A stretch of 64,000 bases of DNA from Thermoplasmata archaeon (lineage in GTDB: Archaea; Thermoplasmatota; Thermoplasmata; Lutacidiplasmatales; UBA184). Each line of letters starts with the position of its first letter. Within the stretch, counting starts at the first letter, position 1. A program made the position numbers and the translations under genes. The notes under the pieces are model-generated. The model made no database searches and was not told the DNA's origin. It saw only the letters and a list, made by a program, of their open reading frames with translations. Where the stretch lies: positions 276,245-340,244 of the forward strand of contig JAKASQ010000002.1 in the NCBI GenBank assembly GCA_021828195.1, written 5' to 3'. Positions 28,084 through 37,172 of the stretch are shown piece after piece.

Positions 28084-29631
28084 TCAGGCCGCTTCGCGCT
28101 CGCCCCAGTGGGCGACGCCTGCCGTGGAGAAGAGGTGGTCGAGCGCGGCGTGGTAATCTTCGGGGGAAGCGTGGAGGACGTCGCGCGCTTGGGCTTCGAG
28201 CGAGGCGCCGAACTCCTTCTCGGTGTTCGAGAACTGCCAGGAGTGCGCGGCCGCGCGCCCCAGCGCGAGCAGGATGCCGTAGGCAAGGCCGCGCTCCTTG
28301 CCCTCATGGGGGAGGGACTGGACCGCCGCCCGCTCGGCCGAGGGGATCCCTTGGCTGCGGAAGGCCCTCGCCACCGAGTCGACGTAGGCGGCCTCGCGCG
28401 TGAGGCGCGAATATCGGGGAAGCGCTCCGAGCACCTCCCGCTCCTCCGAGCGGCGCTGGGCCCGCTTCAACAGTTCCGCGATGCGGCCCGGGGCGCGCTG
28501 CCCTTCCTCCAGGTACTTCTGAGCTTCCTTCGGATCGGAGACGATCGAATGGACGATCGTGTCGGCGTGCCCGGCCCACAGGTGCTCGAGGGCTTTGCTC
28601 GCGGTCGCCTCCTCGATCTCGAACAGACCGCTCAACGCCCCGAGCGCCTCTTCGATGGCGCGGCGTTCGATCGGCGTCGCGTGGAGCGCGTTCAGGAACG
28701 CCTCGCGATCCGAGCCGTAGCATACCCCGCCGGCCACGAACGTCGGGGTCCGGGTCGCCTCGATCCGGGGCCGGATCTCGCTGAGATAGGTGGCGATGAG
28801 TTGCGCGTCCGAGAGCCGTCCCGCCTCGTACGCGCGTCGAGCGCCCCGGGAAAGCTCGGGGAGCGCGGCGTGAACGCACGTCTCTCCTCCGTGGCACGTG
28901 ACGTTCAGGGCGGCCTCGACGGGGAACTCTCCCTCCAGATCGGGCGTCACGATCCCCTGCGTGAGGGTCGCGAAGAGTTGCCGCTCGCCCTTCGCGCAGC
29001 GTCGGCACAGACGGAAGGTGGCGCGCGCCCCCGGCCATCCGACCTCCAGGTACGGGCGGGGCTCGCCGGAGCTGAGATGGACGCAGTCGTACCGGCCGCT
29101 CGGCACGTCGGCGATGAACCGGTACGGAAGCGCCGCGAGCTTCGCGGTCCGGAAGTCACCCGGGGGCTCGGGCGACCGGCCCGTGCACCACAGTCGGGTG
29201 GGTCCGGCGAAGAAGTGGAATCCCTTTCGGGCCCAGTCCTGGTACGCGAGGAGGAGCCGCTCGGGGTCCTCGAAGTGCTGGATGGCCACCTCGGCCTCCC
29301 GGGTCGCCCGGCTCAGCGGGGCGAAGGAGACCTGCTCGCCCCCCGGGACCGGGAACGCCACGACCGCCGGCATCTGGGGATCGTGGGAGAACTTCAGAAG
29401 CCCGGCATAGGCGCGGGGCAGCGGATCGCCCCAGTGGGACATCCGCTCGAGGCGGGACTCCTCGTCCCGGGCCTCGCGCACCTTCTCGAGGTCCTCCCGC
29501 ATCCGGTCGAAGCGATCGGTCGGGCACTCCGGGCCGAGCCGAGGGAGGAGCGGATCGACCGACTCCCGCAGCTTGCGCGCTCGCTCGAGCAGATCGTCCT
29601 TGCGCACCCCCGAGCCGTAACGCATCCGCAC
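28084..29631 (-). CDS. Hypothetical protein, 515 aa, several Cys pairs (CRRCAKGE, CHGGETCVH)
   Basis: Long ORF with no recognisable family; last gene of the overlapping ubiX-guaAA operon; codon usage consistent with neighbours. Confidence 0.5.
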   Translation of the reverse strand: MRMRYGSGVRKDDLLERARKLRESVDPLLPRLGPECPTDRFDRMREDLEKVREARDEESRLERMSHWGDPLPRAYAGLLKFSHDPQMPAVVAFPVPGGEQVSFAPLSRATREAEVAIQHFEDPERLLLAYQDWARKGFHFFAGPTRLWCTGRSPEPPGDFRTAKLAALPYRFIADVPSGRYDCVHLSSGEPRPYLEVGWPGARATFRLCRRCAKGERQLFATLTQGIVTPDLEGEFPVEAALNVTCHGGETCVHAALPELSRGARRAYEAGRLSDAQLIATYLSEIRPRIEATRTPTFVAGGVCYGSDREAFLNALHATPIERRAIEEALGALSGLFEIEEATASKALEHLWAGHADTIVHSIVSDPKEAQKYLEEGQRAPGRIAELLKRAQRRSEEREVLGALPRYSRLTREAAYVDSVARAFRSQGIPSAERAAVQSLPHEGKERGLAYGILLALGRAAAHSWQFSNTEKEFGASLEAQARDVLHASPEDYHAALDHLFSTAGVAHWGEREAA

Positions 29632-29664
29632 CGGAACACCGCCCTACGGAGCGAGGCCGGTTAC

Positions 29665-30246
29665 TTATCCCCGGCTCCTAACTTGCCGTCGGCACGCATC
29701 CAGGAAGTGGCGGAAGATCTCCCGGCCACCCTCGGTGTGCTCGACCTCGGGGTGGAACTGTACGCCCCAGATCGCCCGGCTCGGGTGGGCCATCGCCTGG
29801 ATGGGGCAGCTCGAGGAGTGGGCGATCGCGATCCATCCCGGTGGGGCCTCCACCACGTGGTCGTTGTGGCTCGACCAAGCCTGGAACTTCGGAGGCAGGC
29901 CGGCGAGGAGCGGGTGATCCGGTCGGTCGATCTCGATCTCCACCCGTCCGAACTCCGGAGCGCCGCGCACGACGCGCCCTCCGAAGTGACGGCCGAGGAA
30001 CTGATGGCCGACGCAGATCCCGAGGATCGGCACGTTCGCCCCGTCGATCCACTCGGCGACCTTCCCGAGCGGCGTGTCCGTTCCTTCCAGGCTCAACGCG
30101 CCGCCCGAGAGCACGATCCCATCTGCGCGCAACGCGTCCCACGACGTTGTGTTCGAGACGATCTCGCTCTCCGCCCCGAGCTCGCGCAGCACCCGCCACT
30201 CCCGGTGGGTCCACTGGCCCCCGTTGTCGATGACCGGGATCCTCAC
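29665..30246 (-). CDS. guaAA: GMP synthase, glutamine amidotransferase subunit (class I GATase)
   Basis: VIDNGGQWTHRE, ILGICVGHQFL (catalytic Cys), HPEVEH triad; GTG start overlapping upstream stop (GTGA). Confidence 0.85.
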   Translation of the reverse strand: MRIPVIDNGGQWTHREWRVLRELGAESEIVSNTTSWDALRADGIVLSGGALSLEGTDTPLGKVAEWIDGANVPILGICVGHQFLGRHFGGRVVRGAPEFGRVEIEIDRPDHPLLAGLPPKFQAWSSHNDHVVEAPPGWIAIAHSSSCPIQAMAHPSRAIWGVQFHPEVEHTEGGREIFRHFLDACRRQVRSRG

Positions 30247-30599
30247 GGCCGATCCTCCGGATCCCCGGGGGGTGGGGGAGGCGGTCGAAGTTGCTCGTGG
30301 AGCCTTTCCACCGACACCTTGAGGTCGCGCACGTCCCCCCGCATCTGGAGCATCTCCTCCTCGAACGAGGAGAACTGCCCGGTGCCGAGCCAACGTTCCG
30401 AGATATACAGGCCGATGAAGATCGCCCCGACGAGCGCGAGGATCGTCGTGAAGACGAGCGCGGAGATGAGGGAGATCGGGTTCGCGATGATCGACTGGAT
30501 CGGCAGCGTGAACAGTTGGGTGATCTCCGCGAGCTCGACGCCGAGCAGGACCGCGACCACGCCGACCCAGAAGATGAGCACCCAGCGCGACGCCTTCAT
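30243..30599 (-). CDS. Small membrane protein (2 TM) with C-terminal coiled coil and poly-Pro tail
   Basis: MKASRWVLIFWVGVVAVLLGV ... second TM ... EEEMLQMRGDVRDLKVSVERL...PPPPPPG; ATGA overlap with upstream gene and GTGA overlap with guaAA. Confidence 0.45.
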   Translation of the reverse strand: MKASRWVLIFWVGVVAVLLGVELAEITQLFTLPIQSIIANPISLISALVFTTILALVGAIFIGLYISERWLGTGQFSSFEEEMLQMRGDVRDLKVSVERLHEQLRPPPPPPGDPEDRP

Positions 30600-31147
30600 C
30601 GCGTGGCTCCGACGTCCGAGAGGAGGATGGCGACGGGTTGTTGGGAACCGGTGAGCTGGATGGAACGGGGAACGTCCACGCCGGTCGTGTAGGAGCGGAA
30701 GAACAAGGTGTTGCCGGAGACCTCGAACGCGATGATCGCCACGTACCACGCGCTCCCCACCTTCGCGGTCGTGTAGTACGCGGAAACGTTGATCGCGACC
30801 GGATTGCCGGCGTACGAGGTGCCGATCGCGACGAGGTTCGTCCCATTCGTCCAGTTCCCCCAGCGGAGCGATCCGACCGACGGTGGAGCGCTCCAGTTGT
30901 AGTTCTCGGCGATGCCGATGCTCAGGCTCGCGTAGCGGATGTTGCCGATCGCGTGGAGGTAGAGGTACGAGGTCATGTTCACCCCCGGGTAGTCGACGAT
31001 GATCTCCGCCTGAGTAAAGATCGTCCCCGCCGCCGGCACCCCCGAACCGATGAGGACCGGAGTGAGCACGATCAGTACGAGCAGGATCGCCGCGACCCCG
31101 ACGAGCGGGATGGGGAAGTAGCGTCGGGCGCCCCGCGCGGCCGTCAC
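30596..31147 (-). CDS. Signal-anchored extracytoplasmic protein, sequon-rich, hypothetical
   Basis: N-terminal TM (PIPLVGVAAILLVLIVLTPVLIG) followed by a beta-rich domain with many N-x-S/T sites; 4-nt overlaps on both sides. Confidence 0.45.
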   Translation of the reverse strand: MTAARGARRYFPIPLVGVAAILLVLIVLTPVLIGSGVPAAGTIFTQAEIIVDYPGVNMTSYLYLHAIGNIRYASLSIGIAENYNWSAPPSVGSLRWGNWTNGTNLVAIGTSYAGNPVAINVSAYYTTAKVGSAWYVAIIAFEVSGNTLFFRSYTTGVDVPRSIQLTGSQQPVAILLSDVGATR

Positions 31148-31716
31148 GTGCCTTCCTTCCAGCCGCGATACAAATGATGGGGCACGCCGAACTGATCGAG
31201 CAGCTTTCCCGCGAGATACTCGGCCGCCTCGCTGAGCCGCTCGATGCCGAGGTAGTAGGGGGGCGCAGCGTCCAGGACGACCACCCCGAGCTCGCTCAGG
31301 GTGGTCAGGTGGCGCAGATCGAGCGTGGACAGCGGGGTCTCCCGCGGAACGATGACGAGCGCACGCCGCTCCTTCAGGTGAACGTGCGCCGCGCGGGTCA
31401 GGAGATTGTCGCCGAGGCCGAGGGCGATGTGGGCCACGGTGTTCGACGAGCAGGGGACGATTGCCATCCCGCGCGTGGGTCGTGAGCCGCTCGCGATCGG
31501 AGCGGCGATGTCCGACTCGTCGTACGTGGCGGTCACGTACGGGGCGAGATCGGAGACGCGGAGCCCGGCTTCCTCCTTCAGGACCGCCTCCCCTCCCCGA
31601 GAGACGACCAGGAGGACCGAGACCTTCGCGGCATGCAGCGCCTGGAGCGCGGCCACGGCGATCGGTGCGCCGCTCGATCCAGAGATGCCGATGACCAGGG
31701 GCGCGTCTGAGTTCAC
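31144..31716 (-). CDS. ubiX: UbiX/PAD1-type flavin prenyltransferase (prenylated-FMN synthase)
   Basis: LVIGISGSSGAPIAV and the flavoprotein fold of UbiX; GTG start at 31716 chosen because the next ATG (31794) lies inside the divergent thiolase gene. Confidence 0.8.
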   Translation of the reverse strand: MNSDAPLVIGISGSSGAPIAVAALQALHAAKVSVLLVVSRGGEAVLKEEAGLRVSDLAPYVTATYDESDIAAPIASGSRPTRGMAIVPCSSNTVAHIALGLGDNLLTRAAHVHLKERRALVIVPRETPLSTLDLRHLTTLSELGVVVLDAAPPYYLGIERLSEAAEYLAGKLLDQFGVPHHLYRGWKEGT

Positions 31717-31782
31717 GTGGGTGGTCCTCCCTATGGGGCTAGCTTCTTGAACGATTCGGGCGATAAGACGATTCGGAGGCGG

Positions 31783-32949
31783 ATGGGCATGCATCGGGCG
31801 GCGATCATCGGGGCGGGACACACCCGCTTCGGCGTCCTCGAGGCCGGTCCGCGCGCGCTCCTCGGGACCGCCGTCGCCGAGTCCTTCGCTTCGGTCGACC
31901 GGAATCTCGAGCGGAACCAGGTCGCGGAGGCGTACCTCGCGACCCTCGGGTTCGGCGGATGGCAGATCGGGAACGCCTCTACGGTCCTCGCGGAAGAGGC
32001 GGGCCTCATCGGGATCCCCGTGACCCGGATCGAGAACGCATGCGCCTCGGGCGGGTTCGCCATCCGCGCCGCGGTCCGAGCGGTGGAGCGAGGAGACCGC
32101 GACGTGGTCCTGGTCGCGGGTCTCGAGAAGATGACGGACGTGCCGAACGCTCGCCGTCGATACTGGCTCGGCGTCTCGGGGGACACGGAGTGGGAGCGAC
32201 TCGCGGGGCTCACCTTCGCCGGCGTCTACGGGTTGCTCGCGTCGCGTTACCTCGCGGATCACCGCCTCGGACCCGAGGCCCTCGCGGAGGTGGCGGTCAA
32301 GAACCACGAGAACGGGCGACTCAATCCCAATGCTCAGTTCCGCAAGGCGCTCCACCGCGACGACGTACTGGGCGCCCCCCGCGTCGCGGATCCGCTCGGG
32401 CTCTACGATTGCTGCCCCGTTTCGGACGGCGCCGCGGCCCTGTTGATCGCACGGGGCGACATCGCCTCTCGGTTCACGGACACGCCGGTCTATGTTGACG
32501 GGACCGGCGCCGGATCCGACTATCTGGCCGTCCAGGAGCGCGAACGATTCACCCGTCTCGACGCGACCCGTCGGGCGGCCGAAGAGGCGTTCCGTGAGGC
32601 TCGGGCCGAACGGAAAGGGATCTCGCTGCTCGAGGTCCACGATTGCTTCACGATCGCCGAGCTCCTCGCCCTTGAAGACCTGGGCTTTGCCGGAAACGGT
32701 GAGGCCGCGGCGCTGACCCTATCGGGAGAGACCCGCCGGACCGGTCGACTTCCCGTGAATCCGGACGGAGGCTTGAAGGCCAAGGGCCACCCGATCGGTG
32801 CCACCGGAGTGAGCCAGGCCTACGAGGCGTTCGTCCAGCTTCGCCGCCAGGCCGGCGCGCGCCAGGTGCCCGGGGCCGAGCGCGCCCTGACGCACAACGT
32901 GGGGGGCTCCGGAGCGAGCGCCACCGTCACGTTGTTCTCGGTGGGGTGA
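31783..32949 (+). CDS. Thiolase-domain protein (archaeal acetoacetyl-CoA thiolase type)
   Basis: MGMHRAAIIGAGHTRFG N-terminus with GGAGG RBS; catalytic Cys in ENACASG; HDCF and NVGGSG C-terminal motifs. Confidence 0.85.
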   Translation: MGMHRAAIIGAGHTRFGVLEAGPRALLGTAVAESFASVDRNLERNQVAEAYLATLGFGGWQIGNASTVLAEEAGLIGIPVTRIENACASGGFAIRAAVRAVERGDRDVVLVAGLEKMTDVPNARRRYWLGVSGDTEWERLAGLTFAGVYGLLASRYLADHRLGPEALAEVAVKNHENGRLNPNAQFRKALHRDDVLGAPRVADPLGLYDCCPVSDGAAALLIARGDIASRFTDTPVYVDGTGAGSDYLAVQERERFTRLDATRRAAEEAFREARAERKGISLLEVHDCFTIAELLALEDLGFAGNGEAAALTLSGETRRTGRLPVNPDGGLKAKGHPIGATGVSQAYEAFVQLRRQAGARQVPGAERALTHNVGGSGASATVTLFSVG

Positions 32950-33136
32950 GACCATCCCGGCGATCCTGCGCGCATCGTGCGTCATCCCTCATTCCGAGTC
33001 GGGGGGGCTCCGCGGGTTTGCTCCCGATGAGGACGAGTTCACCATCGGCGTCGCCGCGCTCGAACGGCTCCTCGAGCGATCCGATCCTGCCCATGCGGTC
33101 GAGACCGCTCACCTCGTCGGCCAGTTCCCGGCTTCG

Positions 33137-34081
33137 GTGGATCGGTGGATCCCGGAGCTCCTGGGCCACCCGGTGACGATCGTCCGGCACGACGACCCGC
33201 CCGAAGGGCTCGTCGTGGCCGTACGGGCGGCCCTGAGCGAGCACCTCGGGGTCCACGCGATTCTCGCGGTCGATACACCGGCGAGCGGACCCGGGGCTCC
33301 CTCCGGTGCGGTCGCCGTTGGGCTACTGATCGGGAGCGGAACCGGGATCGAGATCGCGGGGTCACCGGGGTCCTCCTCCATGGCGCCGGAGATCCCTTCG
33401 GTGCGAGGTGTTGGCGTCCCCCGACGGACCGGACCGGCCTTTGCGCTTCACTCCCGGTTCGCAGGCGCCCGGGCCCCGGAAGCCCACCCGGGCGCCGCGG
33501 AGGCCGTCCGCTTCGACGGCATCGAGTTTCGAGCAACCGGGCCGATCAAGTGGGTGGGTGACTGGGCGGGCGGACCGGAACCCTCCTTCCCGTACGACGC
33601 CATACGACGCGCGGCCACCGGGAGGGATCGCCTGTTCGCGGTGTCCGAAGGCGCCTACGTTCCACGGCCGCGATACGTGGAGAACCTGCCCAGCCGGTGG
33701 CGTTTCGTCGCCGAGCGATGCGGTCACTGCCAGCGCATCACCTTCCCGGTCCGGGGGAGCTGCCGGGCCTGCCATCGAGCGGACCGGCTCGAACGGATCG
33801 CGCTCCCACTCCGCGGAGGAACGGTGCTCGCCAGCACGGTCGTGGCCCGAGGGGGACAGCCGACCGAGTTCGACCACCAGGTCGACGAAAGTGGCCCGTA
33901 CGGGGTCGTGCTCGTGGAGCTCGCCCCGATGGTCCGGGTGACGCTCCAGGTCGCCGATGCGCTCCCGGGTACCGTGCACATCGGCGATCGGGTGGAGACC
34001 CGGCTCCGGCGCCTCTACCCCATGGAGGGCGAGTGGCGCTATGGCCGAAAGGCGGTGCCCATGGCCCCCACGGGGCGTTAG
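33137..34081 (+). CDS. DUF35 (OB-fold + rubredoxin-like zinc ribbon) protein with ~190-aa N-terminal extension
   Basis: C-terminal CGHCQRITFPVRGSCRACH zinc ribbon followed by the OB-fold typical of the DUF35 partner of archaeal thiolase/HMGCS; GTG start; reading frame stays open upstream to 32891. Confidence 0.6.
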   Translation: MDRWIPELLGHPVTIVRHDDPPEGLVVAVRAALSEHLGVHAILAVDTPASGPGAPSGAVAVGLLIGSGTGIEIAGSPGSSSMAPEIPSVRGVGVPRRTGPAFALHSRFAGARAPEAHPGAAEAVRFDGIEFRATGPIKWVGDWAGGPEPSFPYDAIRRAATGRDRLFAVSEGAYVPRPRYVENLPSRWRFVAERCGHCQRITFPVRGSCRACHRADRLERIALPLRGGTVLASTVVARGGQPTEFDHQVDESGPYGVVLVELAPMVRVTLQVADALPGTVHIGDRVETRLRRLYPMEGEWRYGRKAVPMAPTGR

Positions 34082-34307
34082 CGCTTCCTCGTCTCCGGGG
34101 CCGGCGCGGCGGCTTCCCAGGGGACTCCGACCCAGGCGAGGTAGAATCCGGGGACTCAAGAGGGAAAGACGAGGTCGACGAGGGGCGCCGCTACGTCGCT
34201 CAGCTCGAGGGTGAACTTCCCCCGGTGCTCGCCCGAAGGGTCGGGTCCGACGCTATAGTGGATCTGCATGCTCTCTCCCTCAGGGTACCGGCCACGGGGG
34301 GCGGAGG

Positions 34308-34532
34308 TCAGCCGAACCCGGGAAGGTCACGGTCGCGCTCGGTCGTGGCGGTCCGTTTGGCGTACGGTTCCGACGCGATCCCGAGGTGGGTCGCTAGCTG
34401 TTTGAACGTCTGCGCGAGCTGCGCCACGGACCGCGCCATCGCGCGCTGCTCCGTCCGCAGATCGTTAAGCTCCTGTCGGAGGGCGTGAAGTTCGGTCTCC
34501 CAGCGCGTCGGGTCGGAAGCGGGGCTTGTCAT
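34308..34532 (-). CDS. Small coiled-coil protein, hypothetical
   Basis: 74-aa ORF with heptad-like pattern (LHALRQELNDLRTEQRAMARSVAQLAQTFKQL). Confidence 0.3.
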   Translation of the reverse strand: MTSPASDPTRWETELHALRQELNDLRTEQRAMARSVAQLAQTFKQLATHLGIASEPYAKRTATTERDRDLPGFG

Positions 34533-34593
34533 TTCGATGGCTCCGGGGAGCGCGATTCCGCACCGCTACATAGCGGCCGCGTAGGGGGCCGGC

Positions 34594-35160
34594 CTATCGC
34601 GTGCCGTCCGGGCCAAACGGACTCTCGCTGCGTCCGCGCTCCTCGAAGGCGATCCAGTCCCCGGCCCCCGGGGAGTAGTCGACCCGTTGGAGCTCGACCA
34701 CGAACTCCTTGAGGAGGTCGGAACGCGCGGGCCAGAACGAGAGACGGTAGACGTAGATGCCGAAACTCATGAACTCGACGATCCTTCTCAGGACCTCGAC
34801 GAGGTCCTCCCGGGGCACGGTGACCCGGAGTGACGTCTCTCCCAACATCTGGGCGAACTCATCGACATCGAAGGGGCGCTCGAGACTGATCAGGGAGATC
34901 GGGGCGGAAACTTCGGGCGCGCTCGGCTTCGATGGAGCGCTGGTGGCTGGGGTGCCCGGTGGGGCTGCCGGGATCGCCGCGCTGCTCGGGGGTCCTTTCA
35001 CGAGCGTGGCGGGGTCCTTGGCCGGGTACTTGTCTAGAACCAGGGAAGCGTCGCGACCCACGAACTTGGGGCCCGCAGGAGCCCGGGTGCGGGTAGGCGC
35101 GCTCTTGGGCGGTATCCTCGGCCCCTTGCGTCCCGGCTTTGCCTTTCGTTTTCCTACCAT
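34594..35160 (-). CDS. Hypothetical protein with basic N-terminus, P/A/S-rich linker and conserved-looking C-terminal domain
   Basis: MVGKRKAKPGRKGPR... then low-complexity linker, then globular C-terminal ~90 aa; start taken at internal Met. Confidence 0.4.
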   Translation of the reverse strand: MVGKRKAKPGRKGPRIPPKSAPTRTRAPAGPKFVGRDASLVLDKYPAKDPATLVKGPPSSAAIPAAPPGTPATSAPSKPSAPEVSAPISLISLERPFDVDEFAQMLGETSLRVTVPREDLVEVLRRIVEFMSFGIYVYRLSFWPARSDLLKEFVVELQRVDYSPGAGDWIAFEERGRSESPFGPDGTR

Positions 35161-35417
35161 ACTCGGTGCTGCTCCTCGGAGGGCACTAACCGCCAGGGGT
35201 ACGTAAAAGGTAGGGGGATCCTGGGAAGGGAGCGGGGGTTCCGGGGTGAGCTGCCTAGCCTGACATTGAGGGGTGTAGCGATGAAGGCCATGCGAAACTA
35301 CGTCACGGGAGCCCACTATTGTAGCGACCTTGACGACAACTGGATTAAGTAGGGTGGGGTTTCATCCCATCCTAGGTCGGCGGGGAAACCCTAGGACCGG
35401 AGGAAGAGGTAACGAAC

Positions 35418-37130
35418 ATGCCCGCACGTGTGATGAAGGAGTTCCAGGCGCCCCGAGGTCTGCCCCGGAAGACGGCGTCGGTCTGCCCGGAGTGTATCAA
35501 GGTTATTCCGGCGGTCGTCCGTGAGAAGGATGGCCGCGTGATCATGGAGAAGACGTGCCGCTCGCACGGGTACTTCTGGGACATCATCTCCAACGACGTC
35601 GACTTCTACCTGCGCATGGAAGTCTATGCGCACGACGGGGTCGGCTACGAGAACCCCTACTACGACAAGTTCCGGGGCTGCCCCACCACCTGCGGCATGT
35701 GCAGCCACCACAAGTCCCACACCGGTCTCGCCTTGATGGACCTGACCAACCGCTGCAATCTGAAATGCCCGGTCTGTTTCGCGAACGCGAACGCCGCGGG
35801 GTACGTCTACGAACCGACCCGCGAGCAGATCCACTTCATGCTGAAGACGCTCCGGGAGCAGAAGCCCGTGGGAGCAGTCGCCGTGCAGTTCAGCGGTGGA
35901 GAGCCGACGCTCAGCCCGCTGTTCCTGGATGCCGTTTCCATGGCGCGGGATGCCGGGTTCAAGCAGATCCAAGTCGCCACGAACGGGATCCGTTACGCGA
36001 ACGAACCCGGGTTCGCCCAGGCGTCGCGCGACGCGGGACTCCACACCCTGTACCTCCAGTTCGATGGCCTGGACGACGAGATCTACCGGAAGGTGCGTGG
36101 CGTTCCGCTGCTTAAGGTCAAGCAGAAGGTCATCCAGGCGGCGCGCGAGACGCACACCTCCCCCGCGGAGCTGGCCCAGGGCAAGCCGGACAAGCCCATC
36201 TCGGTCGTGCTCGTCCCGACGCTGGTCGGCGGGTTTAACGAGAAGGAGATCTGGCCGACCGTCAAGTTCGCGATCGACAACCTGGATGTCGTCCGGGGAG
36301 TCAACTTCCAGCCGGTGGCCCTCACCGCGCGGATTCCCGACAAGGACCGCTTCCAGATGCGGTTCACCCAGTCGGACCTGGTGCGGATCCTGTGCACGGA
36401 CGGGCCGTTCGAGAAGTCGGATTTCTTCCCCGTCCCGTCGGTCGCCCCGATCTCGGAGCTGGTCTCGATCATCCACGGAGAGGAAAAGATGACGCTGACC
36501 ACGCACCCCGGATGCGGGTGCGCGACGTTCGCGTTCATCTCGCAGGACGGTCAGAAGATCACACCGCTCCCGCGCTTCATGGATGTCGACGGCTTCTTCG
36601 AGAGCGTCGAGGGTATGATCGACAAGTACCGGGACGCCCGCTTCTCGCGGGTGCGCACGGCCGTCGCCGGCGCTCGCCTGCTCCACGATGTCGCGAAGTT
36701 CTTCGACTTCTCGCGGGCCCCGGAGGGCCTCAGCGAAAAGAACTGCGTGAAGGTCATCGCCTCGATCTTCACCGAGGGGAACAAGGAGGCCGTCGCAAAG
36801 TTCACCTGGCGGACCCTCTACATCGGGAACATGCACTTCCAGGACGCCTACGACTACGATATCCAGCGTCTGATGCGCTGCGACATCCACTACTCGGTCC
36901 CCGACGGGCGGATCATTCCGTTCTGCTCGTACAATTCCGGTCCGATCTACCGGACGGAGGTCGAGAAGAAGTTCTCGATCCCCATCCCGGACTGGCAGCG
37001 CGCGAAGACCCAGTCGGGTGCCACGCTGAAGACCATCGAGACGATGGGAGTCAACGGCGAGGTCATCGTCGACCCCGAGTACTACAAGATCCGGGCACTG
37101 AAGAGCGCCCCGGGGATGTCGTCGACGTAG
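35418..37130 (+). CDS. Radical SAM protein with N-terminal zinc ribbon and extra C-terminal Cys motifs (candidate tetraether-lipid-synthase-like enzyme)
   Basis: CNLKCPVCF (CxxxCxxC) radical-SAM motif; N-terminal CPECIKV...CRSHG ribbon; additional HPGCGCATF and CDIHY...FCSYN clusters; 570 aa; strong GGAGG RBS. Confidence 0.75.
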   Translation: MPARVMKEFQAPRGLPRKTASVCPECIKVIPAVVREKDGRVIMEKTCRSHGYFWDIISNDVDFYLRMEVYAHDGVGYENPYYDKFRGCPTTCGMCSHHKSHTGLALMDLTNRCNLKCPVCFANANAAGYVYEPTREQIHFMLKTLREQKPVGAVAVQFSGGEPTLSPLFLDAVSMARDAGFKQIQVATNGIRYANEPGFAQASRDAGLHTLYLQFDGLDDEIYRKVRGVPLLKVKQKVIQAARETHTSPAELAQGKPDKPISVVLVPTLVGGFNEKEIWPTVKFAIDNLDVVRGVNFQPVALTARIPDKDRFQMRFTQSDLVRILCTDGPFEKSDFFPVPSVAPISELVSIIHGEEKMTLTTHPGCGCATFAFISQDGQKITPLPRFMDVDGFFESVEGMIDKYRDARFSRVRTAVAGARLLHDVAKFFDFSRAPEGLSEKNCVKVIASIFTEGNKEAVAKFTWRTLYIGNMHFQDAYDYDIQRLMRCDIHYSVPDGRIIPFCSYNSGPIYRTEVEKKFSIPIPDWQRAKTQSGATLKTIETMGVNGEVIVDPEYYKIRALKSAPGMSST

Positions 37131-37172
37131 GGCGGCGCCCGGCGCGCACCGGTCCAACCCCTTCTTCTTTCC

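Noticed and set aside
27237-28403. 388-aa plus-strand ORF
   Set aside because: Out-of-frame overlap of diphthine synthase and the 515-aa minus gene; extreme R/G/P composition.
31717-32640. Upstream 300 aa of the 498-aa minus ORF containing ubiX
   Set aside because: Antisense to the thiolase gene. UbiX homology starts at VNSDAPLVIGISG.
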